Assembly (NCBI GenBank): GCA_031278815.1
Contig: JAITJS010000031.1
Location: forward strand, 1,796 to 65,795
Direction: 5' to 3'
From: Treponema sp.
GTDB lineage: Bacteria > Spirochaetota > Spirochaetia > Treponematales > Breznakiellaceae
Length of the DNA stretch: 64,000 bases
The translations under genes were made by a program, and so were the position numbers. A model generated the notes under the pieces. The model made no database searches and had not been told where the DNA came from. It saw only the letters and a list, made by a program, of their open reading frames with translations. Positions 37,472-46,553 of the stretch are shown piece after piece (the stretch's first letter is position 1; each line of letters begins with the position of its first letter).

Positions 37472-40459
37472 CTATTCCCCCTGATCCTGGGGTACCCTCT
37501 GGATAATCGGACACGGGGTTCCTGCCACTGCATACCCGGTACGGCAGAGGGTATGCCAAGGACAGGAAAAACATTTTTTTTCACTGGTGCTGTAGGTAGA
37601 AAAATTCCCTGAAAGGACTTCGGCGGCATACCGACGTACCTTACCATCAAAGTCATCCAGGATCTGGTGAAAGGTATCCTCTGGCGTATCGGTACGCTCA
37701 ATCCTATCCCCCTGCCGGTACGGGATTTTTTTCCCCTCTGGTAGGGTTTGGTCTTGAAGCACCCCGAAGAGCACCTGGGGTTTGGGAGGTACCATGCTGA
37801 AAAAAAGGGCCCGGTGTATGGGAGGGGTTCCGTTCTGTTCTGCCATGGTGAGGTATAAGGGAAGCTGAAAATTTGCTAGTCCTTGGGGGCCTTTCCCGAT
37901 ACAAGGAGCTCGGTGGGGGGTCGTATGTAATTTAAAGTCTACAATAACTCCGGTACCCTCAAGATCCCCATCATCCTGCAGATCTTCCAGTATGCAGTCG
38001 ATGGTACCGATCAGCAGGTACTGGTCCATGCCGGGGCGATAGGCCAGCGTCTTTTCACTCTCTAGTACCCGAAAACCCGTAAAGTACCGGAGAAAACTGG
38101 TCAAAAAACAGGCGATCTGTTCCTGTACCACCCGTTGCTGTGCCTGAAGCAGCCGGCGAGTCAAGGCACTCATGGTTACCCTTGGCTGGGCTGCTTCGGA
38201 CATGCGGAAAGCATCAGCCTTTTCCCGAGAAAAACAAAAGACCGCTGCAAGGCTTTGCTCAAGCAATCGCTGGTATGCTTCGGGGAGCTTTCCCTGTACT
38301 AAAGGAGCCAGGAGCCCCCCTTGGGTTTTCACCCGTTTAAAGAAACCCTCCAGCACCTGGTGATACACCGTACCCAGCATATTTTCTTCCATGAGGGTAG
38401 TCTCCATGCGGACCCGTTCCAGCCCCAGGACCCGATCAAAGAGCCAGCATAGGGCGCACTGGTAATAGGATTCCAGAGCCGAAGCAGAAACCCGCACTAC
38501 CCTGGAACCATTCAGGGGCTGGCAATACCGGTCCTGAATCACCTGTTGGAGGAGGGGACCTGGTACGATTTTTGCAGACTCTGGTTTTCTTTGCAGGGAT
38601 CTCCGGGTATACCATGCGTCAAACCCCGCTTTCTGGACTGTGTGCAAATACGAGGGGAAGGAGCCTTTGGCCGAAGAGCACTGTTGAGCATGATAAAACT
38701 GCTGTTCTTCCCGGAATAGATCCAGTGCAAACCTTCCCGCGGGACGAGCGCCATACCCTATGCGGGGTTCTTTAGGGGCCTTCAGCGCGCTATGAGGGAG
38801 GGCATACCCTGAAAAGGTTTGCTGCGCGCAAAAAAAAACCGTACCCTTAAGACCGTTGAGGGCATACAGGTGGATAAATGCCCCAGACGCATCCTGATCG
38901 GTGATCCCAAGCTGTACCCGCTTAGCTGGAGATAAAAACCCAAAGGGGGAGAACAGGATACTCAGATCCCTTTGAGTGGCTCCGATCAGGATGTGCCAGT
39001 CAAACGGCGCGGATGCAGCACTCCGGTAGGGAAAGACCCTGAGCCCTGAGTCCCGTTCCCGATCGAGATACCGGGTTTCTTTCAGGTGTTCCACAAAGAA
39101 ACAAAAGGGATTGGCCACTGAGACATCGGGGAAAGATGTTTCCAGGTCCACCAGCGAGATCAGTTCAGCCACACACCGGGCTAACAGGGCATGTGTTTTA
39201 GGGAGACATTGCTCCATGTCCAAAAACTGTTCCCGAAAGCTATAATACTGGCGGAGCAGTTCTCCAAAAGAGGGAGCCCCATACAAGGCGAGGATTCTCC
39301 TTTTGAGGCCAGCGTACCATGAACGGGCGCGTTCTTCCCGGCTGGCAGAAAAAGCGGCAAAGGCATCTTCCCATACATCAATAATGGTCGTCGACCCTTC
39401 TTCCCAGGAACACATACAGTTGTTCTTGATGCCAAAATCCATAAGTTGGGCAATGGCTTCAGGATCCTTCCAGGGAAGCTGGCTGTTCAAGAGCAGATTG
39501 GCCATCGCATCAAAGGAAAAGCTCCGAGAAACACAGGATCCGATTGCCGGAAAAAGCTGGCCCCCAGGATAAGCCACCACGGGTTTTTCCATACAGGATA
39601 CCACTGGGATATTCCGGTTCGTAAATTCCCGCAGCAGGTATGGTTCGTAGTGTTCCCTATCAGGGACACTCACTGCGATGGATTCCCAGGGAACTCCTTC
39701 CTTTGCTACCAGAGCACGAATAAACAAGGCCGCTTCGGTAATCTCGCTCCGGGAGTTGGTGTAAAAGAAGGTCTGGGGCTCCTGGCGGTAAGGAAGCGGT
39801 TTTGGAATCGGAACCAGGGTAATCTCTTTGGTGTTTTCCAGCAGTGCCTGGTAGTGTTTAAAATCAGAGAGGATCTCAGGGAAAAAAATAAAGCACTGCT
39901 TCCCCTTAGTGTCAAAGGGGGGCCTTTCCCAAGCCGGTTCAAAACACCGGTGCTCATCAAGAAATTGCCGGTACCGGACCGTAAGGGTATAGAGATCCTG
40001 GTCATTCCCATCCCAGCCTTCAGAGCAGGACTGAGTACCGGTATACTGCCCTAGAGGGGTCCCGGTCTTTTTTTCAAACCATGCTCCCAGCTCAGGAAGC
40101 ATGGCCGTGATCCAGGGCACTAAAAACGTGGCGGCATGGGCATATTCCCGGGGCACCAAGGAAGTAAACCAAGGGGGCCCCCCGCTTGTTATCTGGGCTG
40201 CATGTTCCGCAATCAGCCTACTCACAAAGATTTTTCGTAACACTGGAGGAATGGGTTCTTTATCCTGTTGCCAGGATCTCAGGGTTTCCTGCTTAAACCT
40301 ATCCCAGGTAATGAATTGTTCCATAGCCAGGGTACCGCAGCCGGAAGTGTGTAAAACCCAATCTACCCAACGGGAAGCGGCGATTTCCGAGGGAAACACA
40401 AACACGCTATTCGGGTGATCCCTGTTTTCGATGAGCATCATTGCGATGGTGTGGTGCAT
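37472..40459 (-). CDS. addB: AddB-like PD-(D/E)XK nuclease subunit with an Fe-S cluster staple
   Basis: GTIDCILED...VIVDFKL nuclease motif, bracketed by YYQCALC and CFSCPWHTLC (CX2CX5C), as in AddB-type iron-staple nucleases. Lies immediately downstream of the addA-like gene. Confidence 0.65.
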   Translation of the reverse strand: MHHTIAMMLIENRDHPNSVFVFPSEIAASRWVDWVLHTSGCGTLAMEQFITWDRFKQETLRSWQQDKEPIPPVLRKIFVSRLIAEHAAQITSGGPPWFTSLVPREYAHAATFLVPWITAMLPELGAWFEKKTGTPLGQYTGTQSCSEGWDGNDQDLYTLTVRYRQFLDEHRCFEPAWERPPFDTKGKQCFIFFPEILSDFKHYQALLENTKEITLVPIPKPLPYRQEPQTFFYTNSRSEITEAALFIRALVAKEGVPWESIAVSVPDREHYEPYLLREFTNRNIPVVSCMEKPVVAYPGGQLFPAIGSCVSRSFSFDAMANLLLNSQLPWKDPEAIAQLMDFGIKNNCMCSWEEGSTTIIDVWEDAFAAFSASREERARSWYAGLKRRILALYGAPSFGELLRQYYSFREQFLDMEQCLPKTHALLARCVAELISLVDLETSFPDVSVANPFCFFVEHLKETRYLDRERDSGLRVFPYRSAASAPFDWHILIGATQRDLSILFSPFGFLSPAKRVQLGITDQDASGAFIHLYALNGLKGTVFFCAQQTFSGYALPHSALKAPKEPRIGYGARPAGRFALDLFREEQQFYHAQQCSSAKGSFPSYLHTVQKAGFDAWYTRRSLQRKPESAKIVPGPLLQQVIQDRYCQPLNGSRVVRVSASALESYYQCALCWLFDRVLGLERVRMETTLMEENMLGTVYHQVLEGFFKRVKTQGGLLAPLVQGKLPEAYQRLLEQSLAAVFCFSREKADAFRMSEAAQPRVTMSALTRRLLQAQQRVVQEQIACFLTSFLRYFTGFRVLESEKTLAYRPGMDQYLLIGTIDCILEDLQDDGDLEGTGVIVDFKLHTTPHRAPCIGKGPQGLANFQLPLYLTMAEQNGTPPIHRALFFSMVPPKPQVLFGVLQDQTLPEGKKIPYRQGDRIERTDTPEDTFHQILDDFDGKVRRYAAEVLSGNFSTYSTSEKKCFSCPWHTLCRTGYAVAGTPCPIIQRVPQDQGE

Positions 40460-40533
40460 AGGCCATCCAGTTCTGTATGAAGCCCTTCTCGGGAGAGAGC
40501 CCCACCCCTATAAAGGTGCTTCATACCGCCCCT

Positions 40534-41610
40534 TTATAAAGCAGAATAATCCACGGTATTCCAATTGATCGTGTTTGGGGTTTTACGAAACCCATCCAGA
40601 ACTTCCTGAACCGCAGTACGGATATCTTCGGATAGTATGCCAGAAAGATTAGGGTTATATTCAAATACAAAACCATCATTGAAAAAATTCATGGGAAGAC
40701 ACTCGCCTCCCCGGATCCCAGCTTCATGCTTCCCCACAATGCCTCGAATCACCGCAGCATAGTTGTATGAAGAAGCGGCAATACATTTAGCCGCCCCCTC
40801 AGGGGTGCTTATCTGAGCCAAATCCTGACCCACCCAAAAGATAGCTTGTCCGCTGTAGGTATCGTCGCTCACCGCTCGCAGTGCACCGATGGCCTGTTGG
40901 GATGCACCGGTCAGGATATCTGCGCCAGCACGGATTTGGGAATGGGCGACTTCCCCGGCTTTAACGAAGTCCGAAAAAGAACCGGTATGGGCCACCATGA
41001 TCTTTGCCCCAGGGTTGACTTTTTGGATACCCAGGACAAAGCCCCGACCGTACCGGGCCGCATCTCCCCCATCTACTGGACCGATATACCCGATATTGTT
41101 GGTCTTCGTGAGCAGACCCGCGATGATACCGTTAAGATACCCGGTCTCCTCACTTTCCGGCATATAGGTAAATACATTAGCCGGTCCAATTTCTGCACTG
41201 GTCCCAAAGGCAAAGGTGATGTGGGGATATTCTTCGGCCATTTCAAGAATCAGATTCTTGTATTGGGCCCCATGACCGATGATGACATCATAGTCCTGGG
41301 CAGCGTATTGGCGGGCCGCAGACCCCGCATCCACCGGCAGCATCTTCTCGCTGTAGCTGAACTCGATACGACCAGGTAACTGCTTTTGTGCCAGGATAAG
41401 ACCGTCATACATGGCTTGACACCAGCCCTTGTCATCTATGGTGTTTTCGATAATCAAGGCAATCTTGATCGCCTTAACCGCGCCTGAAGCCTCCGTTGAC
41501 TGGGTCTGTTGTGCAGACTGTTCCAGGCTTGCTTTCTTGCTGCAACCCGATAGGGCTAAACACAAGAACCCTATTGCCAAAGGAAAGAAAAAAAAGGATA
41601 GTTTCTTCAT
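40534..41610 (-). CDS. BMP-family (PnrA/TmpC/Med-like) substrate-binding lipoprotein
   Basis: Lipobox LALSGCS, and a ~330-aa periplasmic-binding fold with IGYIGPVDGGDAARYGRGFVLG-type sequence typical of basic membrane proteins. Confidence 0.8.
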   Translation of the reverse strand: MKKLSFFFFPLAIGFLCLALSGCSKKASLEQSAQQTQSTEASGAVKAIKIALIIENTIDDKGWCQAMYDGLILAQKQLPGRIEFSYSEKMLPVDAGSAARQYAAQDYDVIIGHGAQYKNLILEMAEEYPHITFAFGTSAEIGPANVFTYMPESEETGYLNGIIAGLLTKTNNIGYIGPVDGGDAARYGRGFVLGIQKVNPGAKIMVAHTGSFSDFVKAGEVAHSQIRAGADILTGASQQAIGALRAVSDDTYSGQAIFWVGQDLAQISTPEGAAKCIAASSYNYAAVIRGIVGKHEAGIRGGECLPMNFFNDGFVFEYNPNLSGILSEDIRTAVQEVLDGFRKTPNTINWNTVDYSAL

Positions 41611-41644
41611 TGCTCATACTCCTGCCTAAAAAAATAATAAAGAT

Positions 41645-41674
41645 AGTATAAAAACAAATCTTGAAGTGTGTCAA
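41645..41674 (-). promoter_or_regulatory. Sigma70-type promoter candidate for the BMP lipoprotein gene
   Basis: On the minus strand: TTGACA (41674-41669), 18-nt spacer, TATACT (41650-41645). About 35 nt upstream of the ATG and its GGAG. Confidence 0.5.
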
Positions 41675-41682
41675 GGGACGTA

Positions 41683-41739
41683 AAGCATATTTATACACAA
41701 AATAACCAATAAACGGCTATTTTTTGTATAAATATGCTT
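41683..41739. promoter_or_regulatory. Perfect 15-bp inverted repeat with a 27-nt spacer, abutting the -35 box of the BMP promoter
   Basis: aagcatatttataca (41683-41697) and tgtataaatatgctt (41725-41739) are exact reverse complements. Confidence 0.4.
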
Positions 41740-41883
41740 GATTTTAGAAACATCCGACGAGAGTCCCGATTACATCCCTTTTTAGGTGATCATTTGACAA
41801 TAATAAATCTATATATTTTTATAGATAAAATAATGTACCGGTGAGCGATACCGGAACCTTGCACCAATCTCTCGCAGGCCTAT

Positions 41884-42712
41884 GAGATGATCAGCAGATT
41901 TTTGCGACCTTTACCCAACCAGGTGGACCGGATCTTTACGATTCCCACTTCTGTAGGAACCGGTTGTAGACGTCATAGACGGCTTGCAAGGCGGCTACCC
42001 CCGCCGCCCCCTAGTAGCGGAAATACCCGACAATCTTGCGGACGGTGGCGTAATTTTTTTGCTCAACGGAGCAATTGTCGTTTTTGTGGGTAGGGCGGCC
42101 TCTTGAGAAGACGACCCCGTGGCGTTGGCACCACTGGTCGACCGGTCTGAGGGCGAAAAGGACGGTCAAGCCGGTTTTCACATCGGTCATGGTGAGGGTG
42201 TACCATCGGAAACAAAGTTTCCGCACTCTTCCGAAGGATTACCGCCGTCATGCTGGACGAAGTCAATTTGGAAGAAGCCGGAAGGCATGGTGGCGTATTC
42301 GAGCCAGGTCACCCTGGGGATGGCGCAGTGGAGGCGGCGGACGGGCTTGGTTCCCGAAGTACCGCGGATTTTCATCCGTTGTTTCGGCTTTCGCAGAAGG
42401 CGGTCAATGGTGCGGGGGCTTATTTTTTTGAGTTTGCCGGCAACCGTATCGGACATGCGGTAGTTTTCTCTCAGCCGAATGAGGTCAAGGTTCAGCATGA
42501 GGAAGGGGGCGAACGATTTTCCGCAGGGCCAGTTGAAGTTTTTCCACCAGTACTTCGAGCATATCGGCGACTGCGGCATCATAATACGGCTGGTAGACCC
42601 GTTTTTTCCGGCTTTCCGGTAGCGGGGAGCGAACTCCGCCGTAATCTTTTTTCTCTGCCAAGGTAAACCCCATTTGTTCCTTCAGACTCAGTCTGGATAG
42701 GGTGTATCCCAT
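41884..42712 (-). mobile_element. Decayed IS transposase (DDE / rve integrase-core type), multiply frameshifted and 3' truncated
   Basis: Three consecutive minus-strand ORF fragments lie in different frames (42712-42485, 42582-42187, 42226-42011). They read colinearly like one transposase: ...NFNWPCGKSFAPFL...ISPRTIDRLL...GTSGTKP...FFQIDFVQHDGGN / TLTMTDVKTG...SRGRPTHKNDNCSVEQKNYATVRKIVGYFRY. An in-frame TAG and further shifts follow. Confidence 0.7.
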
Positions 42713-42784
42713 GGTTAGATTTAACGTGGTACAATTCGGGTAATTGCCTTAAATACCCCATCGGGGTACACTGGTTCCTAGGCT

Positions 42785-43621
42785 ATGAATCCTCGTTTTC
42801 AGAGACTTACCCTGCTCACCGGTTCTACTACGCTTGATGCCCTCGCCCAAACCAAAGTCATGGTTTTTGGCGTAGGAGGGGTGGGAAGCTGGTGTGCGGA
42901 AGCCTTGGTTCGTTCCGGCATCGGGCAGCTCTCCATCGTTGATTCTGATAGGGTATGTGTTACCAATATAAACCGCCAAGTCCAGGCCCTAAGCAGTACG
43001 GTTGGACAGTCCAAAGTGGAGGCCCTCAAAACACGGCTCTTGGAGATCAACCCAGGGTGCACCGTCGAGGCGTTTAGCCGGGTCTTCTCCCGAGCAAGCG
43101 CAGATAGCTTTACCCTGGAAAGCGTCGACTATGTCATTGATGCAATTGATAGCCTCACCCATAAACTGGATCTGATTGAGGCGGTTACCCAGCGGGGGAT
43201 CAAGTTGTACGCTTCTATGGGGATGGCGCAAAAGCTGGATCCCACCCAACTTAAGACCGGGGATATTTGGGAAACCCAGGGTTGTCCCCTGGCACGGCTG
43301 GTCCGGTCTGGTTTACGAAAACGGGGTTTTCAAGGGCATGTTACCGTGGTGTATAGCCCTGAGCATCTGCCCCTCCATAGGGAGATTCCCATTTCCTGTG
43401 GCTCTGCCCAATGCCTGTGCCCCAAGCGGGCCTGCGTTGAGGGTGAAGCAGCGCGCCCTTCGGTGGAATGGTGTAGTTCCAAAAAGGTGATCAACGGTAG
43501 TGCAGTACCGGTTACCGCTGCTGCGGGGATGATCCTCGCCAGTTTGGTGATCCGAGATATCTATGACCGGTACACCCGGGAACCTAAGGGGGAAACTCCC
43601 CATGAGGCGGCTGGGTTGTGA
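42785..43621 (+). CDS. tcdA: tRNA threonylcarbamoyladenosine dehydratase (ThiF/E1-like)
   Basis: VMVFGVGGVGSWCAEALVRSGIG nucleotide-binding motif, DSDRVCVTNINRQ, ~270 aa. Confidence 0.75.
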   Translation: MNPRFQRLTLLTGSTTLDALAQTKVMVFGVGGVGSWCAEALVRSGIGQLSIVDSDRVCVTNINRQVQALSSTVGQSKVEALKTRLLEINPGCTVEAFSRVFSRASADSFTLESVDYVIDAIDSLTHKLDLIEAVTQRGIKLYASMGMAQKLDPTQLKTGDIWETQGCPLARLVRSGLRKRGFQGHVTVVYSPEHLPLHREIPISCGSAQCLCPKRACVEGEAARPSVEWCSSKKVINGSAVPVTAAAGMILASLVIRDIYDRYTREPKGETPHEAAGL

Positions 43622-44385
43622 GTAATCGCTGTTTCCGCCGAACCGAGACAAGCAAGGTGGTACAAAAATTGCTTGTCAAAGCCATTCTGGAACAGAACCT
43701 CATACGCCGGGGCGACCGGATCCTGATCGCGGTTTCCGGGGGGAAAGACTCAACGGTCCTGGCCTGGGCTCTGCACCAGGTACGTCCGGCCCTTAAAATC
43801 GACTACGAACTGGCAGCCCTCCACATCTCCAGCGACTTCTGTAGCTGTTGTAAAAAGTCCGTCCTTTCTCAGAAGCTGGAATCCTGGGGTATTCCGTTTA
43901 CCGACCTCTTCGTCCCTATCATAGGCAGACTCAAACCAGGGGAAAAAATGAACTGTTATTGGTGCTCTACCCAGCGACGGACCGAACTGCTACGCTATGC
44001 AGTAGCCCATCAGTTCAGCCAAATTGCCTTAGGACATCACCTGGACGACATCATAGAAACGTTTTTTATGAACATCACCGCCAAGGGGGAACTTTCCACC
44101 ATGCCCATGGTGCTTTCCTATCGAAAGTACCCGGTACGGCTCATTCGTCCTCTGGGATATGTGGAGGAACAGCAGATAATCGCCTGTGCAGCAGAGCAGG
44201 ATATCCTCAAGGCAACCTGTACCTGTCCATACGGCATCCATTCTCAACGCCGGGACATACGGAAAGGTATTGCCCAATTTACGGGTAACTCCAGTGGGGT
44301 AAAACGGCGCATCTTTAAGGCGCTTTCCTCAGGGCCCCTGAATTTACTGATTGACGAGGAAGCAACAGACAGAAAAAAACCTTAA
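43618..44385 (+). CDS. ttcA: PP-loop ATPase, TtcA-type tRNA thiolation enzyme
   Basis: SGGKDS PP-loop plus Cys motifs (CSCCKK, CYWCSTQRR, CTCPYG). GTGA overlap with tcdA. Confidence 0.65.
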   Translation: MSNRCFRRTETSKVVQKLLVKAILEQNLIRRGDRILIAVSGGKDSTVLAWALHQVRPALKIDYELAALHISSDFCSCCKKSVLSQKLESWGIPFTDLFVPIIGRLKPGEKMNCYWCSTQRRTELLRYAVAHQFSQIALGHHLDDIIETFFMNITAKGELSTMPMVLSYRKYPVRLIRPLGYVEEQQIIACAAEQDILKATCTCPYGIHSQRRDIRKGIAQFTGNSSGVKRRIFKALSSGPLNLLIDEEATDRKKP

Positions 44386-45551
44386 CCCTGCCCCTTGGCA
44401 ATGGAGCATATCCGCTGGGCCATGTTCTCCAGGGGAACTTGTTCCATCACATGGCCTAGCTCAAAGGCAACCCGGGGCATACCGTACACCACCGCGCTTG
44501 CCTCATCTTGTCCAAGGGTCATGCCCCCTTCTTGATAGATAGTACCCAACTGTTCCGCGCCGTCACGACCCATGCCGGTCATAATAATCCCCAGGGCCTG
44601 GTTACTGTAAACCTTGGCCACTGAAGCGAAGAGTACATCCGCAGAAGGCCGGTGCCCACTTACCAGGGGGGCATCAGAAAGGTGGGCTATTACTGACAAG
44701 GCTTTCCGTTCTAGCTCTAGGTGTTTATTCCCTTGGGCTATCAAGATGCGTCCTGGCTTGATGATGTCCCCTTCTTCCGCTTCCTTAACCTCCAAAGGAC
44801 AAACCCGGTCTAGGCTTTTGGCAAACTCATTGGTAAATCCCGGAGGCATGTGCTGGACTACCACTATGGGTACGGATAAATCTGGATCAAGCCGGGAACA
44901 CAGAAAGCGCAATGCATCAGGGCCACCGGTGGAAATACCGATGGCAATGATTTCCGTTTTACCCGGTTTCCGCAGCCGTGTTGGGGGCTTCGCCGGAGTT
45001 ACCGGAGATATCCCCAAGGTCGATCGTACGTGGTTTATAAAGGTATCCGACGAATGAGGGGGTGGGATGTCAGAGAATGTCTGCTTTTTAAACTCATACT
45101 GCGTATAATCTATGGAGATCGGCTTCTTACCCGCTGAACGCCGGTATTTACTGCCGTATCCTAAGAGCATACCGGTGAGTAGGTCTTTCACCTGGTAGAT
45201 ATCATCACCTCCTGCATCCGAAGGTTTCTGGATAAAATCATTAGCCCCCAAAGCCAGAGCTTCCATGGTGAGCTCTGCACCCCGACGGGCCAAGGCAGAA
45301 AGAATAATCACTGGTATTTCAATACCCAACTTTTTACGCTCTTTGAGAAATTCGATGCCGTTCATTTCCGGCATTTCTAAGTCCAGGACAATAATATCAG
45401 GATTGACCCGGGGGATTTTCCGTAGGGCAAATATCCCATTCATCGCTTTTTCAGCTACCACGAGACCCGGAGTTGACTCCACCATTTTACCTATGAGATT
45501 ACGCATCAGCGCGGAATCATCTACAATTAATACACCAATTTCATCAGCCAC
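44382..45551 (-). CDS. cheB: Chemotaxis response regulator protein-glutamate methylesterase
   Basis: REC domain (VLIVDDSALMR...DIIVLDLEMPEMNG) plus methylesterase motifs (GISTGGP, VVQHMPPGFT, GMGRDG). GTG start with GAGGAG. Confidence 0.9.
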   Translation of the reverse strand: MADEIGVLIVDDSALMRNLIGKMVESTPGLVVAEKAMNGIFALRKIPRVNPDIIVLDLEMPEMNGIEFLKERKKLGIEIPVIILSALARRGAELTMEALALGANDFIQKPSDAGGDDIYQVKDLLTGMLLGYGSKYRRSAGKKPISIDYTQYEFKKQTFSDIPPPHSSDTFINHVRSTLGISPVTPAKPPTRLRKPGKTEIIAIGISTGGPDALRFLCSRLDPDLSVPIVVVQHMPPGFTNEFAKSLDRVCPLEVKEAEEGDIIKPGRILIAQGNKHLELERKALSVIAHLSDAPLVSGHRPSADVLFASVAKVYSNQALGIIMTGMGRDGAEQLGTIYQEGGMTLGQDEASAVVYGMPRVAFELGHVMEQVPLENMAQRICSIAKGQG

Positions 45552-45595
45552 AATCTATCTCCTCGCTTCCAATTGTTATTTAAAGAACAAAATAC

Positions 45596-46417
45596 TCACA
45601 TAAATTTTCTATACAACGTAGCCCATTGGGTCTTTACAAATTCAAATTTGGTATCCATCCCAAAGAGGGATTCAGAATGACCAATAAATAGAAAAGACTT
45701 GGAAGCCATGGAATCCCAGAACCGTTTTATAACCCCGGTCTGCGCTGCTTCATCAAAATAGATAATGACATTCCGGCAAAACACGATATCCACGTTTCTC
45801 AAGCCTGAATCGTTTTTCAGGTTATGGTAATCAAACCGGACGTTAGCCATGATATCCGATTTAACCTTATATCCTCCAGGCATCCTATCAAAATACTTAT
45901 GAAGATAGGTAGGGGGGATTCCCTCCAGATGGTTATCCGCATAAAACCCTTCCTTCCCGCTCATCAGGCACTTGAGGCTAATATCACTAGCCACGATTTC
46001 ATATTTCCAGGGATAGTACAAAATTTCACTCATGAGCATGGCGATACTATAAGGTTCTTCGCCGGTGGAACAGCCTGCACTCCAAATTTTTAAGACCGTA
46101 CTGCCGGTGTTCTTTTTTACGTTCAGTAGTTCAGGAACCACAAATTTTTCTAACGTATCAAATTGGGGCTGATTACGAAAGAACCGGGTGAGATTTGTAG
46201 TAATGGAATCAAGAAAATTTTTGAGCTCTTCCTTGTCCCGGGTAATCATATTAAAATAGGCCTGGGGTGAATCTAAACCTTTACCTCTGAGCCGCTCTTT
46301 AAGCCTACTTTCTAAAATAGAACGATTAGTTGGGGTAAAATGGATACCACTTTCATTATAGATGAGGCTTCGATACCGTTCAAAGTCAGTATCGGTAAAG
46401 AAAACAACTTCTACCAT
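45596..46417 (-). CDS. cheR: Chemotaxis protein methyltransferase
   Basis: CheR N-terminal helical domain, TRFFRN, and SAM-binding IWSAGCSTGEEPYSIA. Confidence 0.9.
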   Translation of the reverse strand: MVEVVFFTDTDFERYRSLIYNESGIHFTPTNRSILESRLKERLRGKGLDSPQAYFNMITRDKEELKNFLDSITTNLTRFFRNQPQFDTLEKFVVPELLNVKKNTGSTVLKIWSAGCSTGEEPYSIAMLMSEILYYPWKYEIVASDISLKCLMSGKEGFYADNHLEGIPPTYLHKYFDRMPGGYKVKSDIMANVRFDYHNLKNDSGLRNVDIVFCRNVIIYFDEAAQTGVIKRFWDSMASKSFLFIGHSESLFGMDTKFEFVKTQWATLYRKFM

Positions 46418-46553
46418 GTTATAAATCTACGAGATGAAGGGTATACTGTCAATGCTTCATAGCCCGGTTATCCTATAAGCCCCCGGGCATGCACAATTTT
46501 GCCTGTTTCGAGCGGACCTGGACACCCACCCGGGTAAGGCCGGATCCTGCGGC

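Noticed and set aside
36854-37612. 252-aa plus-strand ORF spanning the addA/addB junction
   Set aside because: Antisense to both nuclease genes, with no RBS or motif. Typical of GC-rich third-position shadow frames.
40475-40526. 9-bp perfect inverted repeat (GTATGAAGC/GCTTCATAC) between the BMP gene and addB as a terminator
   Set aside because: The loop is 34 nt and there is no U-run. It may be a weak attenuator or processing site, but it is not a supportable intrinsic terminator.
41474-41698. 74-aa minus-strand ORF overlapping the BMP lipoprotein start
   Set aside because: Out of frame with the lipoprotein gene, whose ATG has the better RBS and yields a canonical signal peptide and lipobox.
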